Source of the DNA: Octopus bimaculoides
Lineage: Eukaryota
Assembly: GCF_001194135.2 (NCBI RefSeq)
Contig: NC_069004.1
Span: 32,828,319 to 32,862,800 of the forward strand
Direction: 5' to 3'
DNA length: 34,482 bases
How positions within the stretch are numbered: position 1 is the stretch's first letter; each line of letters begins with the position of its first letter. The notes beneath the pieces were generated by a model, which searched no databases, was not told the DNA's origin, and saw nothing but the letters and a program-made list of their open reading frames with translations. The translations under genes were made by a program, and so were the position numbers. Shown piece after piece: positions 8,945 to 19,099 of this stretch.

Positions 8945-9105
8945 TATTTTCTCTCCCTGTTTATTTCTGTGTTCCTTTCTGTCAAAGAGTATAGACTCGA
9001 AATGTAAAAGACTTTCTCACTTCCCGAGCGTTAAACTAATACATCTGTTTGTTGTTTACACACCCGTCTTCATCTTTTGTTTATTTTTTTGTAAATTTCA
9101 ACTAC
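8945..9105 (+). mobile_element. Probable Penelope-like terminal repeat fragment with degenerate minimal hammerhead layout
   Basis: cttt-CTGtcaaAGA-gtatagactc-GAAA-tGTA-aaag arrangement; the Penelope/hammerhead link is established knowledge; family assignment is inference. Confidence 0.4.
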
Positions 9106-9261
9106 ATATATATACATGGTATATTGTGGGTACATGTTATACATTCCAAGGCACCTTATGGTACACACAGTGCACCCTTGTACCTTATAATAATGGAAAA
9201 CTATTACAAACTGGTATAGTTTCATCTCCTGGATACAAAGTTTTTGTTTATTTTGCTGCAG

Positions 9262-9362
9262 GAAAATACTTCAGCGGTGAGTTCACAGGTGGACGCCAGC
9301 AAAGAAGGTAAAGAAGGTACCCCGAATACTGTTGATCTTCTTAACTATCACCAGTATTTCAG
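9262..9362 (+). CDS. FANCD2: FANCD2 exon E12 (101 nt): ENTSAVSSQVDASKEGKEGTPNTVDLLNYHQYF(R)
   Basis: gctgcag acceptor, AG|gtatgt donor; matches human SLLLHNSHAFFR. Confidence 0.9.
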
Positions 9363-9489
9363 GTATGTTTTGTTTCCTTTTCGCCTGGATTTTTTTTACC
9401 TTTGTTGTTCAAAGAGTTCATAATATATTTAGTCTGTTTGAAACTATGTGCCAAGTCAACCTTACTCTGTGAAGAACGTGGTCAATATA

Positions 9490-9872
9490 TAAACAGGGCA
9501 AGCACCATTCAAGCATGATCGTTTGCCAGTGCCACCTGACTGGCTCCCGTGCCATTGACACATAGAAAGCACCATTCAAGCGTGATCATTGCCAGTGCCA
9601 CCTGACTGGCTCCCGTGCCATTGACACATAAAAAGCACCATTCAAGCGTGATCATTGTCAATGCTGTCTGACTGGCCCCTGTGCCAGTGGAACATAAACA
9701 GCACCTGCTATACTCTCGGAGTGGTTGGCATTAGGAAGCGCATCCAGCTGTAGAAACTCTGCCAGATCAGATTGAGCCTGGTTCAGCCTCCTGGCTCGCC
9801 AGCCCTCAGTTAAACCATCCAACCCATGCCAGCATGGAAAGCGGACATTAAATAACGATGATGATGATAATG
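9490..9872 (+). mobile_element. Family C element with three internal 66-67 bp tandem units
   Basis: agcaccattcaag starts at 9501, 9568 and 9634; standard family C tail with (gat)n. Confidence 0.85.
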
Positions 9873-9981
9873 ATGAAAGAGAGAGAGCATAAAAATGAAG
9901 TAAAAAAAAACAATTAATGAGCCAAGGAAATTGATAAACGTTTATATTTATTTTGTTTTTGTTTTTTTATCTAATTACCAG

Positions 9982-10063
9982 AGAATTAACGCTTGATGTT
10001 TTAGACATTCTGTTGGTTGGCAAAATCATGAGTAAAGATCTCGATTCCCAAATGAACACCGAG
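9982..10063 (+). CDS. FANCD2: FANCD2 exon E13 (82 nt): ELTLDVLDILLVGKIMSKDLDSQMNTE
   Basis: taccag acceptor, GAG|gtttgt donor; matches human RELDIEVFSIL..LDTEMHTE. Confidence 0.94.
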
Positions 10064-10079
10064 GTTTGTCTTACTTTCA

Positions 10080-10265
10080 CATCTCTCTCTCTCTCTCTCT
10101 GTCTCTTCCTCCTCTCTCTCTCTTCCCTTTCTCTCTCTTTCTATCATTCTGCATTTCTCTTTCTCACCTGCACTCTCTTGCCTGTCTCTCTCTCTCTCTT
10201 TTCTTTTCTTCTCCCTCTCTCCCTCTCTCACTCTCTACTACTCTATCTCTTACTCTCCTTTCTCT
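10080..10265. repeat. Degenerate (CT)n polypyrimidine tract
   Basis: About 185 nt almost entirely C/T on the + strand. Confidence 0.9.
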
Positions 10266-10457
10266 TGCACTCAAGTCAAGAAACCACAGTAACTAATTAT
10301 GATTGAACTAATAAAGTCAGTTTTTTTCATTTTTTTTTTTTTTTTACAAGTTAGCCAATAAAATACCAGTCATATACTGGAGAAGAGAGGTCAGTATAAA
10401 TGATTATTCCTTCTCCCAAAATATGTCACTGCTTGAAATCATCTCATCATTCTCTAC

Positions 10458-10498
<41 letters not shown>

Positions 10499-10499
<1 letters not shown>

Positions 10500-10665
10500 G
10501 GCGGTGAGCTGGCAGAATCGTTAGCACACCAGGCAAAATGCTTAGCTTTGTCTTGCATCCTTTCAGGGTCAATAAATTAAGTACCAGTGATGCACTGGGG
10601 TTAATGTGATCAACTAGCCCCCTCCCACAAAATTTCAGGCTTTGTGCCTTTAGTAGAAAGGATCA
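10499..10665 (+). mobile_element. SINE family B with internal deletion, embedded in (ATT)n
   Basis: ggtgagctggcagaatcgttagc head, catcctttcagggtcaataaattaagtaccag core; (ATT)n on both flanks. Confidence 0.82.
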
Positions 10666-10713
10666 TCATTATTATTATTATTATTATGTTTGTTTTTTCT
10701 CCTTTTCCTGAAG

Positions 10714-10830
10714 ACCCAGAAAGAAGTGAAGATTGAACCCCCACAGGTGAAATTCTTGCTGAAGGACCTCACTCATAAACTCCAACATGTGTTCCAAGCC
10801 TCACAGTCAAAGAAAATATTTTTCAATAAG
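10714..10830 (+). CDS. FANCD2: FANCD2 exon E14 (117 nt): TQKEVKIEPPQVKFLLKDLTHKLQHVFQASQSKKIFFNK
   Basis: cctgaag acceptor, AAG|gtaaat donor; matches human GPPELLFLLEDLSQKLE. Confidence 0.94.
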
Positions 10831-11319
10831 GTAAATAACAAAAATAAATAAATAAAATATATAAAATACAAATATAAGACCAAAGAAAATTAAATTTCAT
10901 TCAATTTGTGTAAATATTTTTTTGCTTAATTTAAAAAAAAATTTTTAATTGTGATTTCTGTAAATATTTTTTCATTGTTATGTTTAATTTTTTTTTATTG
11001 CTATGTGTTGNNNNNNNNNNNNNNNNNNNNNNNNNNNNNNNNNNNNNNNNNNNNNNNNNNNNNNNNNNNNNNNNNNNNNNNNNNNNNNNNNNNNNNNNNN
11101 NNNNNNNNNNNNNNNNNNNNNNNNNNNNNNNNNNNNNNNNNNNNNNNNNNNNNNNNNNNNNNNNNNNNNNNNNNNNNNNNNNNNNNNNNNNNNNNNNNNN
11201 NNNNNNNNNNNNNNNNNNNNNNNNNNNNNNNNNNNNNNNNNNNNNNNNNNNNNNNNNNNNNNNNNNNNNNNNNNNNNNNNNNNNNNNNNNNNNNNNNNNN
11301 NNNNNNNNNNNNNNNNNNN

Positions 11320-11361
<42 letters not shown>

Positions 11362-11429
11362 TCTTTTCAAAGTTTCAGCTCAGAGCTGCGGCCATGCTGA
11401 TGCACCAATATGTGCACACACATACACAC

Positions 11430-11770
11430 TTTGTGTATTAAGGCTACCACTGGTTTCATTTTAAGGAATACCTCAACATTCATTGAGTTTATCACATGGA
11501 ATTTTGTTCGTCTTCATTTTGGAGACAAACACCAAAATTTCACATGATCATCAGCATTTGATGTCTGCCTTCCATACTGGTATGTGTTGGCTGGTTTGAT
11601 AGGAGCTGGCGAGGTACAAGATTCACCAGACTATGTCTATGCCTATTTTGGCAAGGTTTTTTATGGCTGGATGTCCTTCCTAACATCAACCACACAGCAG
11701 AGTGGACTACTGAGTGCTTTTTGCATGGCAAGGTATTAACATGAAACCACTGGTAGCCTTAATACACAAA
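11430..11770. mobile_element. Fold-back/MITE remnant with 30-bp inverted arms, containing a family C insertion (11543-11730, reverse)
   Basis: 11430-11459 and 11741-11770 are reverse complements at 29/30 positions. Confidence 0.7.
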
Positions 11771-11906
11771 TATAATATTCTTTATCCACCAATGCAGTGT
11801 TGAGCACTCATTCTCATTGTTCAACATTTACATGTTTGCATATATATGTATATATAAATGCACATATATACACATATATAGACTTATATGTTGTTATTCT
11901 TTGTAG

Positions 11907-12035
11907 GACACTGGAAATAAAAATATTGGCTTCACTTTACTCAACCAGAAAAGTCCAGAAGATGTTGCCAAGAAAACCATCCATTTGCTGCCAGCGCTTT
12001 GCCAACAGCTGGAAGGGGCAAGCGCTTTTTTCCAG
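11907..12035 (+). CDS. FANCD2: FANCD2 exon E15 (129 nt): DTGNKNIGFTLLNQKSPEDVAKKTIHLLPALCQQLEGASAFFQ
   Basis: ttgtag acceptor, CAG|gtaagt donor; matches human RNIGFSHL..HLENIHNYFQ. Confidence 0.95.
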
Positions 12036-12197
12036 GTAAGTCGGAATTAAAGATGTCCTGAGATGATACGACAGGTGAGAGGTTGTTGGTGTTGAACTCC
12101 TGGTTAGCTTTAATCAACCTCACTGATCTGTAGATAGGAAGGTTGGATAAAAGTATATCAAGTACCGTACAAGATAAATTATCTGTTTGTTGTTTGT

Positions 12198-12600
12198 TAG
12201 TTTCAGTCATTGGATAGCAGCCATGCTGGGGCACTTCCTTGAAGGGTCAAACAAGTTGGCCCCATTACTCATTTTTGGATCTGCTACTTACCCTATCAGT
12301 CTGTTTTGCCAAATCGCTAAATTGAGGGGACATAAACAAATCTACACCAATTGTCAAGTAGTGGTAAGGAAAAAACACACACACACACATATAGATACAT
12401 ACATGTGTATGTATGTATATATATGTGTGTATGTATATATATCATCATCATCGTTTAACGTCCGTTTTCCATGCTTGCATGGGTTGGACGTTCTACTGGG
12501 GTCTGGGAAGCCAGGAGGCTGCACCAGGCTCCAGTCTGATTTGGCAGTGTTTCTTCAGCTGGATGCCCTTCCTAACGCCAACCACTCTAAGAGTGTAGTG
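12198..12600 (-). mobile_element. Reverse SINE family A 3' part (12198-12375) followed by reverse family C (12441-12600)
   Basis: Same diagnostic blocks as the other copies. Confidence 0.75.
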
Positions 12601-13247
12601 TGTGCTACTCAAACAGGTGCCAGAGGGGGCTGTCATCAACTACGATCGGATATATATATATATATATATGTATGTATGTGTGTATGTCTATATATATATA
12701 TGTGTGTGTGAATATATATATGTATATATANNNNNNNNNNNNNNNNNNNNNNNNNNNNNNNNNNNNNNNNNNNNNNNNNNNNNNNNNNNNNNNNNNNNNN
12801 NNNNNNNNNNNNNNNNNNNNNNNNNNNNNNNNNNNNNNNNNNNNNNNNNNNNNNNNNNNNNNNNNNNNNNNNNNNNNNNNNNNNNNNNNNNNNNNNNNNN
12901 NNNNNNNNNNNNNNNNNNNNNNNNNNNNNNNNNNNNNNNNNNNNNNNNNNNNNNNNNNNNNNNNNTATATATGGGCATGGTGAGAGCCGCTGCTGAGCAT
13001 TAAGATGCATTAAGCATCAGAACATGAAATCAACGATGATCTGGCTGTCTCTGCAACCATAGGGAGCTTGTCTCTCTTGTCACCTCATTAACATAATGAT
13101 TTTGTTCACTTATGAGTTGTTTTGGCTCTTATTTCTAGCAATACTGGTGCTAATTACTGCCCTTGTTCTCTTTAGTAACACATATATTTTTGCCTTTAGG
13201 TTGTAAAATTACAAATTAGCCACTCATATTATTTATTTATATATATC

Positions 13248-13297
<50 letters not shown>

Positions 13298-13298
<1 letters not shown>

Positions 13299-13455
13299 CA
13301 AGACTCCACACTGTTTCCATATACCAAGTTCATTAAGAAGGCCTTAGTCAGCCCAAGGCTGTAGTAAAAGTCACTTGCACAAAGTACCATACAGTGGGAC
13401 TGAACCCAGAACCACTTGCCTCCAAAGCAAGCTCCTTAACTACACAGCTATGACT
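13298..13455 (-). mobile_element. SINE family A 5' half (reverse)
   Basis: agtgggactgaacccagaacc (reverse B-box), tacacagctatg head. Confidence 0.75.
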
Positions 13456-13755
13456 GGGGATGGAGACTAAAGGGTGTTCGCTCAAGAAACTGATAAAGGG
13501 CCATTGCTTATTACAACCGTAGCAGTAGATTTCATTGACCAGATAAATCAGTGATGGGCCCCTTTTTTTTGTTTAGAAAAAGGAGCTAGTGATGAAAAAA
13601 ATGAATGAGGAAACTAGAATTTTTAGCACGGCAACCTGTCACAGGTCACTCTGATCTCTTCCCCCCCCCCATGCCCCTACCACTCCTCCTCCTCCTCTCT
13701 ACCATTATCTCCTTCCCCCATTCTAACACCACCTTCTCCTCTCCTACTGTTTCAG

Positions 13756-13874
13756 GCCCTAATTGCCAGTAACGATGGGATCATCGACAGCCTCTGTCAG
13801 CAAACCGACGAAGTCTCCTGCGTTGCGGCTTGTTTCCAGCTCCTCCTTGAGGTCCTTCACAGCTTGTTCTCTTG
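13756..13874 (+). CDS. FANCD2: FANCD2 exon E16 (119 nt): ALIASNDGIIDSLCQQTDEVSCVAACFQLLLEVLHSLFS(W)
   Basis: tttcag acceptor, TG|gtaaat donor; matches human ENHGVVD..CYQRLLQIFHGLFAW. Confidence 0.94.
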
Positions 13875-13974
13875 GTAAATAAATGGGCCCACTTTGAGAC
13901 CCCGTGTTGTTGATGGTTGTGGAATAAATGATAGTAAAGGTTAATTGTATTTATTTGATGAGGGTGACAGTGTT

Positions 13975-14075
13975 GTGATGAGGAGGATGATGATGATGAT
14001 GATGAGGATGATGATGAGGATGATGATGATGAGGATGAGGATGATGATGATGATGATGATGATGAGGATGATGAT
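13975..14075. repeat. (GAT/GAG)n trinucleotide tract upstream of E17
   Basis: About 100 nt of gatgatgag repeats; gives the spurious poly-His ORF on the minus strand. Confidence 0.9.
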
Positions 14076-14100
14076 TATTCGTTAATCTCAACTTTTCCAG

Positions 14101-14214
14101 GAAAGACATTGACAGTCCAAAGAACACAAACCTATTCAACTCTGCTCTCTCCATTCTTGCCACCAGAATCAACCCCTCGGATTCCACCTGTCTCCCACAG
14201 CAACAGAGCATCAA
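14101..14214 (+). CDS. FANCD2: FANCD2 exon E17 (114 nt): KDIDSPKNTNLFNSALSILATRINPSDSTCLPQQQSI(K)
   Basis: ttttccag acceptor, AA|gtgagt donor; matches human NQNLLYSALHVLSSRL. Confidence 0.93.
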
Positions 14215-14360
14215 GTGAGTAATAAAGACTATTGTTGTTGTTGTTGTTTGAAAATAGAGGAATACATAACCAAACACACACACACACATATATATATACA
14301 TACACACACACACTCATGCATATCTTTGTATATGTATGCCTGAATATATATATATATATA

Positions 14361-14743
14361 TTCTTTTATTTATTTCAGTCATTGTTTCAGACAAATCGAC
14401 CCCAGAACTTATTCTTTTGTAAGCCTAGTACTTATTCTATTGATCTCTTTTGCCGAACTGCTAAGTTACGGGGACGTAAACACACCAGCATTGGTTATCA
14501 AGTGATGGTGACAGGACAGACACACAAACACACACATCTGTATACGTATGTATATATATATATATATATATGTGTATATATATATATATATATGATGAGC
14601 TTCTTTCAGTTTCCATCTATCAAATCCACTCACTTTGGTCAGCCCGAGGCTACAGTAGAAGACACTTGCTCAAGGTGCCATGCAGTGGGACTGAACCCAG
14701 AACCATGTGGTTAATAAACAAGCTACTTACCACACAGCCACAT
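14361..14743 (-). mobile_element. SINE family A, near full length (reverse), with internal TA/CA microsatellite
   Basis: Head cacacagccaca, reverse B-box gggactgaaccc, tail tttcagtcatt. Confidence 0.87.
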
Positions 14744-14990
14744 CATCATCGTTTAACGTCCACCTTTGATGCTGGCATGGGTTGGACAGTTAGACAGGAG
14801 CCTGCACCAGACTTCCGTGTCTGTTTTGGCAGGGTTTTTACAGCTGGATGCCCTTCCTAACACCAACTACCCATCGTCTATATATAGATTCATACAGGCA
14901 TGGCTCTGGGATAAGAATCTTACTTCCCAACCTCATAGTTCCAAGTTCAGTCCCCCTTTGTGGCATTTTGGGCAAGTGTGTTCTACTACT
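14744..14990. mobile_element. Reverse family C (14744-14868) and forward family A head (14893-14990)
   Basis: Diagnostic blocks of both families. Confidence 0.65.
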
Positions 14991-15096
14991 TATTTGAGAA
15001 CTCTAGTATTTTTTTATTGTTGTTTCGTTTTGTTTTGTTTATTTTGTTTATATTTCATTTGTTCCACTTCACTGAACCTGGATGCGCTTCATTTAG

Positions 15097-15221
15097 GCTG
15101 GCTATTGAATACCTCCAGAACTTCTCTGATACAAGTCCTAATGTGCAGACTGCTGTGAAGTTGGTTGAAATTCTGATTACCCTGGTTGAGAAAGGGGCCC
15201 CTGACTACTGCCATAAACCTG
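15097..15221 (+). CDS. FANCD2: FANCD2 exon E18 (125 nt): LAIEYLQNFSDTSPNVQTAVKLVEILITLVEKGAPDYCHKP
   Basis: atttag acceptor, G|gtaagc donor; matches human HYLQNFHQSIPSFQCAL. Confidence 0.93.
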
Positions 15222-15590
15222 GTAAGCCAAGCACTTCCTCCTCCTCTTCCTCTTTTCCTCTTTCCCTCTTTTTCGTCTTCTTCCTCTTCTGCCTTCTCTT
15301 CCTCCTTTTTATTCTTCCTCTTCCTCCCCTTCTACTTTTTCTGTCTCCTCTTCCTCCCTACACTTTTTCACAGTAAACAGTGTGTCTTAAAGTAGACTTA
15401 GCCATAAATCAGAGTTTGTAACAGTTTTGGGTTCAAGACCCGTTGGATGGTAAGAATGGCCAAAGATGATGCCAGCATGGAAAACAGACATTTCAGGAGG
15501 AGGATGATGATGATCCTGGTAGGTATTGAACCTCTGACTGTATCCACTTTGAGAGACACTGTTCAAATTATTTATTTACATATTTATTAT

Positions 15591-15970
15591 AGGTGTGGCT
15601 GTGTGGTAAGAAGCTTGCTTCCCAACCACGTACTTCAAGGTTCAGTCCCACTGAATGGTACCTTGGACAAGTGTCTTTCTTCCACAGCCTCAGGCCAACC
15701 AAAGCCTTTGTGAATTGATTCGGTAGATAGAAACTGAAAGAAGCCCACTGTACGTGTGTGTTTGTTTGTCTGTGTTATTTTCCTCACCCACCGCTTGACA
15801 ACCGGTGTTGGGTTTACATCCCCATAACTGAGCGGTTCAGCAAAAGTGACTGGTAAAATAAGTACCAGGTTCAAAAAAAAGTATTGGGGTCACTTCTTTC
15901 AACTAGAAATAATTCTTCAAGGCGGTGCCCCAGCATGGCCGCAGTTCAATGACTGAGACAAGTAAAAGAT
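15591..15970 (+). mobile_element. SINE family A, full length
   Basis: A-box-like tggctgtgtgg, B-box-like ggttcagtccc, complete tail ..cagcatggccgcagttcaatgactgagacaagtaaaaga. Confidence 0.9.
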
Positions 15971-16011
15971 GGAACGATATTTCATGAAGGTTCTTAATTT
16001 TTTTTTTAATA

Positions 16012-16110
16012 CAGGCATGGCTGTGTGGTTAAGAAGCTTGCTTCCCAACCATGTGGTTTGGGGTTCAATCCCATTACGTGGCAAATATCTTCTATAACCC
16101 CCAGACCAAC
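16012..16110 (+). mobile_element. SINE family A head
   Basis: ggcatggctgtgtggttaagaagcttgcttcccaacc..gggttcaatccc. Confidence 0.75.
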
Positions 16111-16199
16111 CATTTTGCTCTCTCATCAACATTTCCTTCCACTATTCTTCTCTCTTTTTCTTTTCCTTTATGTTCACCTCCTGAATAATCTTCGTCCAG

Positions 16200-16299
16200 C
16201 GGAACTGGCTGAATCCTTCCTCCACAGAGCCTGGCTCACTCCCACTGGTGCACGAGAAAAAGGAGCTACATTTAACAAACACATTCAGAAGATACTAAA
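16200..16299 (+). CDS. FANCD2: FANCD2 exon E19 (100 nt): (A)ELAESFLHRAWLTPTGAREKGATFNKHIQKIL(K)
   Basis: gtccag acceptor, AA|gtaagt donor; matches human LARQFLCRVWP..EK. Confidence 0.94.
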
Positions 16300-16367
16300 G
16301 TAAGTCAGTAGCCAGCTTTTGTATTAAACCACCACCACCACCACCAATGGAGAGCCCATTGTATATA

Positions 16368-17367
16368 CAAGGGTTGGACAAAATAATGGAAACAGCTTAA
16401 AATTTCAAACAAATTTATTTTAACATGGGGTAGGACCACCTTTTTCAGTAATTACAGCTTGAAATCTATGAGGTATGGACTCGTACAAAGTTTGAATTGT
16501 TTCCAAAGGAATTTTTGTCCATTCTTCACCTAAAACAGTCCCCAGTTCTTGTAGTGATGATGGTGGAGGATATCAACTCCTTGTTTTTCTAAAATGCACC
16601 ATAAATGTTCCATAATATTGAGATCTGGGGACTGTGGTGGTCAGATAAGATGTTCAACTTCACNNNNNNNNNNNNNNNNNNNNNNNNNNNNNNNNNNNNN
16701 NNNNNNNNNNNNNNNNNNNNNNNNNNNNNNNNNNNNNNNNNNNNNNNNNNNNNNNNNNNNNNNNNNNNNNNNNNNNNNNNNNNNNNNNNNNNNNNNNNNN
16801 NNNNNNNNNNNNNNNNNNNNNNNNNNNNNNNNNNNNNNNNNNNNNNNNNNNNNNNNNNNNNNNNNNNNNNNNNNNNNNNNNNNNNNNNNNNNNNNNNNNN
16901 NNNNNNNNNNNNNNNNNNNNNNNNNNNNNNNNNNNNNNNNNNNNNNNNNNNNNNNNNNNNNNNNNNNNNNNNNNNNNNNNNNNNNNNNNNNNNNNNNNNC
17001 ATAAAAGTCCGACACTCCCAATCTGAAAGTTTTGGTTTTCTTCCAGAATTTTGTTTAGACGAGGAGGTTTTTCCCACTGTCTCAAAGGCTGTCATTACTT
17101 TTGAGACAGTACTTCAAACATTTCGGCTGTTTTCATTATGCTAGCGCCAACAATTTGACCTCTTTGAAAGTCCGATAGATCTGTCATTTTAATGAATTTT
17201 AATTACCTTTTTTCTGATGATATCTGAAAAGAAACAGCAATTTTAGCAAAACATATTAAGCAACACTAATAATAAATCAAAAAACAAAAATAAACAAGCT
17301 TTTGACGGTTTTATAGATATTTCAAAATTATGATGCTAGATGTTTCCATTATTTTGTCCAACACCTG
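16368..17367 (-). mobile_element. Decayed Tc1/mariner DNA transposon, antisense to FANCD2
   Basis: 27-bp TIRs (25/27) with TA on both sides; minus-strand remnants GRKPKLS (HTH) and EVEHLI*PPQSPDLNIMEHLW (Tc1 WPPQSPDLN motif, W mutated to stop); middle lies in an N gap. Confidence 0.9.
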
Positions 17368-17491
17368 TATATATATCTATATATGTATATGAGTGCGTGT
17401 ACGTGTATGCATCTACACTGAAACAAGTAAAAGATATATTACATTCTCTCTCCCTCTCTCTCACTGCAACCTTCTCATTCCCCTATTACAG

Positions 17492-17611
17492 ATGCTACCT
17501 CTCCTACTCTCCAAGTCCCTTGGATGCCATTGAGAAACTGTGTAGCGATGCCATTCCTCAACTGCTCAACGCTGATAACAGCACATCAGAAATGTACCCC
17601 TCCCTCACAAC
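17492..17611 (+). CDS. FANCD2: FANCD2 exon E20 (120 nt): CYLSYSPSPLDAIEKLCSDAIPQLLNADNSTSEMYPSLT(T)
   Basis: ttacag acceptor, AC|gtaagt donor; matches human IYLEH..AIEEI..VPELIN..FPTLT. Confidence 0.94.
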
Positions 17612-17750
17612 GTAAGTACTATGTTTTGTTTTTTGTTTTTCTAGTCATAATTGTATTCCCAGACATATAAGATGCACTGTTTTGTTTTCAGAAATCAAGT
17701 CTCAAAAATCCAACCCGGGCCCACAACGTTGGCCCTCCACTAAGCTTTAA

Positions 17751-18085
17751 CCCTTTAGCATTCAAGTTATTCTGTCAAATGTAATCTTTAGTTATTCACA
17801 TTGTTTTGAATTAATCATCTCGTGGCTTCAAGATTTTGATGATGTGAGTCCACTCTGCTGAGTGGTTGGCGTTTAGGAAGGGGGCATCCAACTGTAAAAA
17901 TCCTGCCAAAACAGTCACAGAAGTCTGGTTCAGGATTCTACCTGGCTGGCTCTCGTGGCACCGTCCCACCCGTGCCAGCATGGAAGGTGGACATTAAATG
18001 ATGATGGTGATTAATTTATTTTTAGAATGACATTGTAGGGTATGTGTGAGGGGTCAGATCTGGCCAATTTGAATATCAAGCTGGT
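17751..18085 (-). mobile_element. piggyBac-like MITE family E interrupted by a family C insertion (17847-18010)
   Basis: TTAA+CCCTTTAGCATT; the sequence after the insert is the reverse complement of 20060-20130. Confidence 0.72.
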
Positions 18086-18104
18086 TTCCATTGCATATAA
18101 ATTC

Positions 18105-18275
18105 TCCACCTGGATAGGACGCCAGTCCTTCACAGGGTCACTCACTTTTGCCAGCTGAGTGAACTGGATCAATGTGAGATGAAGTGTTTTGCTCAAGAAC
18201 ACAATGCGTTGCCCCGTCCAGAAATTGAAACCACAATCTTACGATTGTAAGTCCAACACCCCTAACCATTAAACC
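18105..18275 (-). mobile_element. tRNA-headed SINE family F (reverse)
   Basis: Reverse complement of 23388-23530 (tgtggtttc.att, gtgttcttgagcaaaacacttc). Confidence 0.75.
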
Positions 18276-18510
18276 TCACAAACATGACCGGCATTATCTC
18301 CTGTAATTTCATTTGTTTTACATCTGTCTTTCCATGCCAGCATGGGTTAGACAAATACTTATTCTTCAGGCATAAATATGCTTCCTGTCGTTAACCCATA
18401 TTTTATCTCATTTTTCTCCAAAAACTACAAAATTAATTTGTTTGTAAGGAATGTCATCAGAGCATCCCTGTTTTGCTCAAAATGCAGAATGTAAAAAATT
18501 CCTTCTCTCT

Positions 18511-18557
<47 letters not shown>

Positions 18558-18697
18558 CCCATCCCCACACATTTTATTGCTCAAATAAATTTATTATTAG
18601 TCATTGGACCATGTGGATTTTCCACTCTGCATAATTGTCTTGTTATTGCTTTTCTTCAATGTTTCCTGCATCAAATAAACAAAAACTTAATTACTGC

Positions 18698-18728
<31 letters not shown>

Positions 18729-18819
18729 TTTACATCCTCTTTCTACGTTGTGGTATGGGTTGGTCGAACAGGGGGCTAATGCAGTTTTTTGAAAAAAGAT
18801 TTGTTATTTCCCATTGCAG

Positions 18820-18905
18820 CTCTTCTTTCTCCATGTTTTACCGTGTGCTTTTCAACCAGTTGGTAATTACTGTTAAGAAGATATTGCCAGGAAAGAAAAC
18901 TGAAT
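18820..18905 (+). CDS. FANCD2: FANCD2 exon E21, partial (3' end in N gap): SSFSMFYRVLFNQLVITVKKILPGKKTE
   Basis: ttgcag acceptor; matches human [23 protein letters not shown]; donor hidden in the gap starting at 18906. Confidence 0.9.
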
Positions 18906-19099
18906 NNNNNNNNNNNNNNNNNNNNNNNNNNNNNNNNNNNNNNNNNNNNNNNNNNNNNNNNNNNNNNNNNNNNNNNNNNNNNNNNNNNNNNNNNNNNNNN
19001 NNNNNNNNNNNNNNNNNNNNNNNNNNNNNNNNNNNNNNNNNNNNNNNNNNNNNNNNNNNNNNNNNNNNNNNNNNNNNNNNNNNNNNNNNNNNNNNNNNG

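Noticed and set aside
13951-14313. Poly-His/Pro ORF on the minus strand
   Set aside because: It is the translation of a (GAT/GAG)n microsatellite overlapping E17 antisense.
15591-15670. tRNA gene calls for A/B-box-bearing heads (also 10499, 22677, 23388)
   Set aside because: They continue into shared SINE bodies and tails, and no complete cloverleaf is evident.
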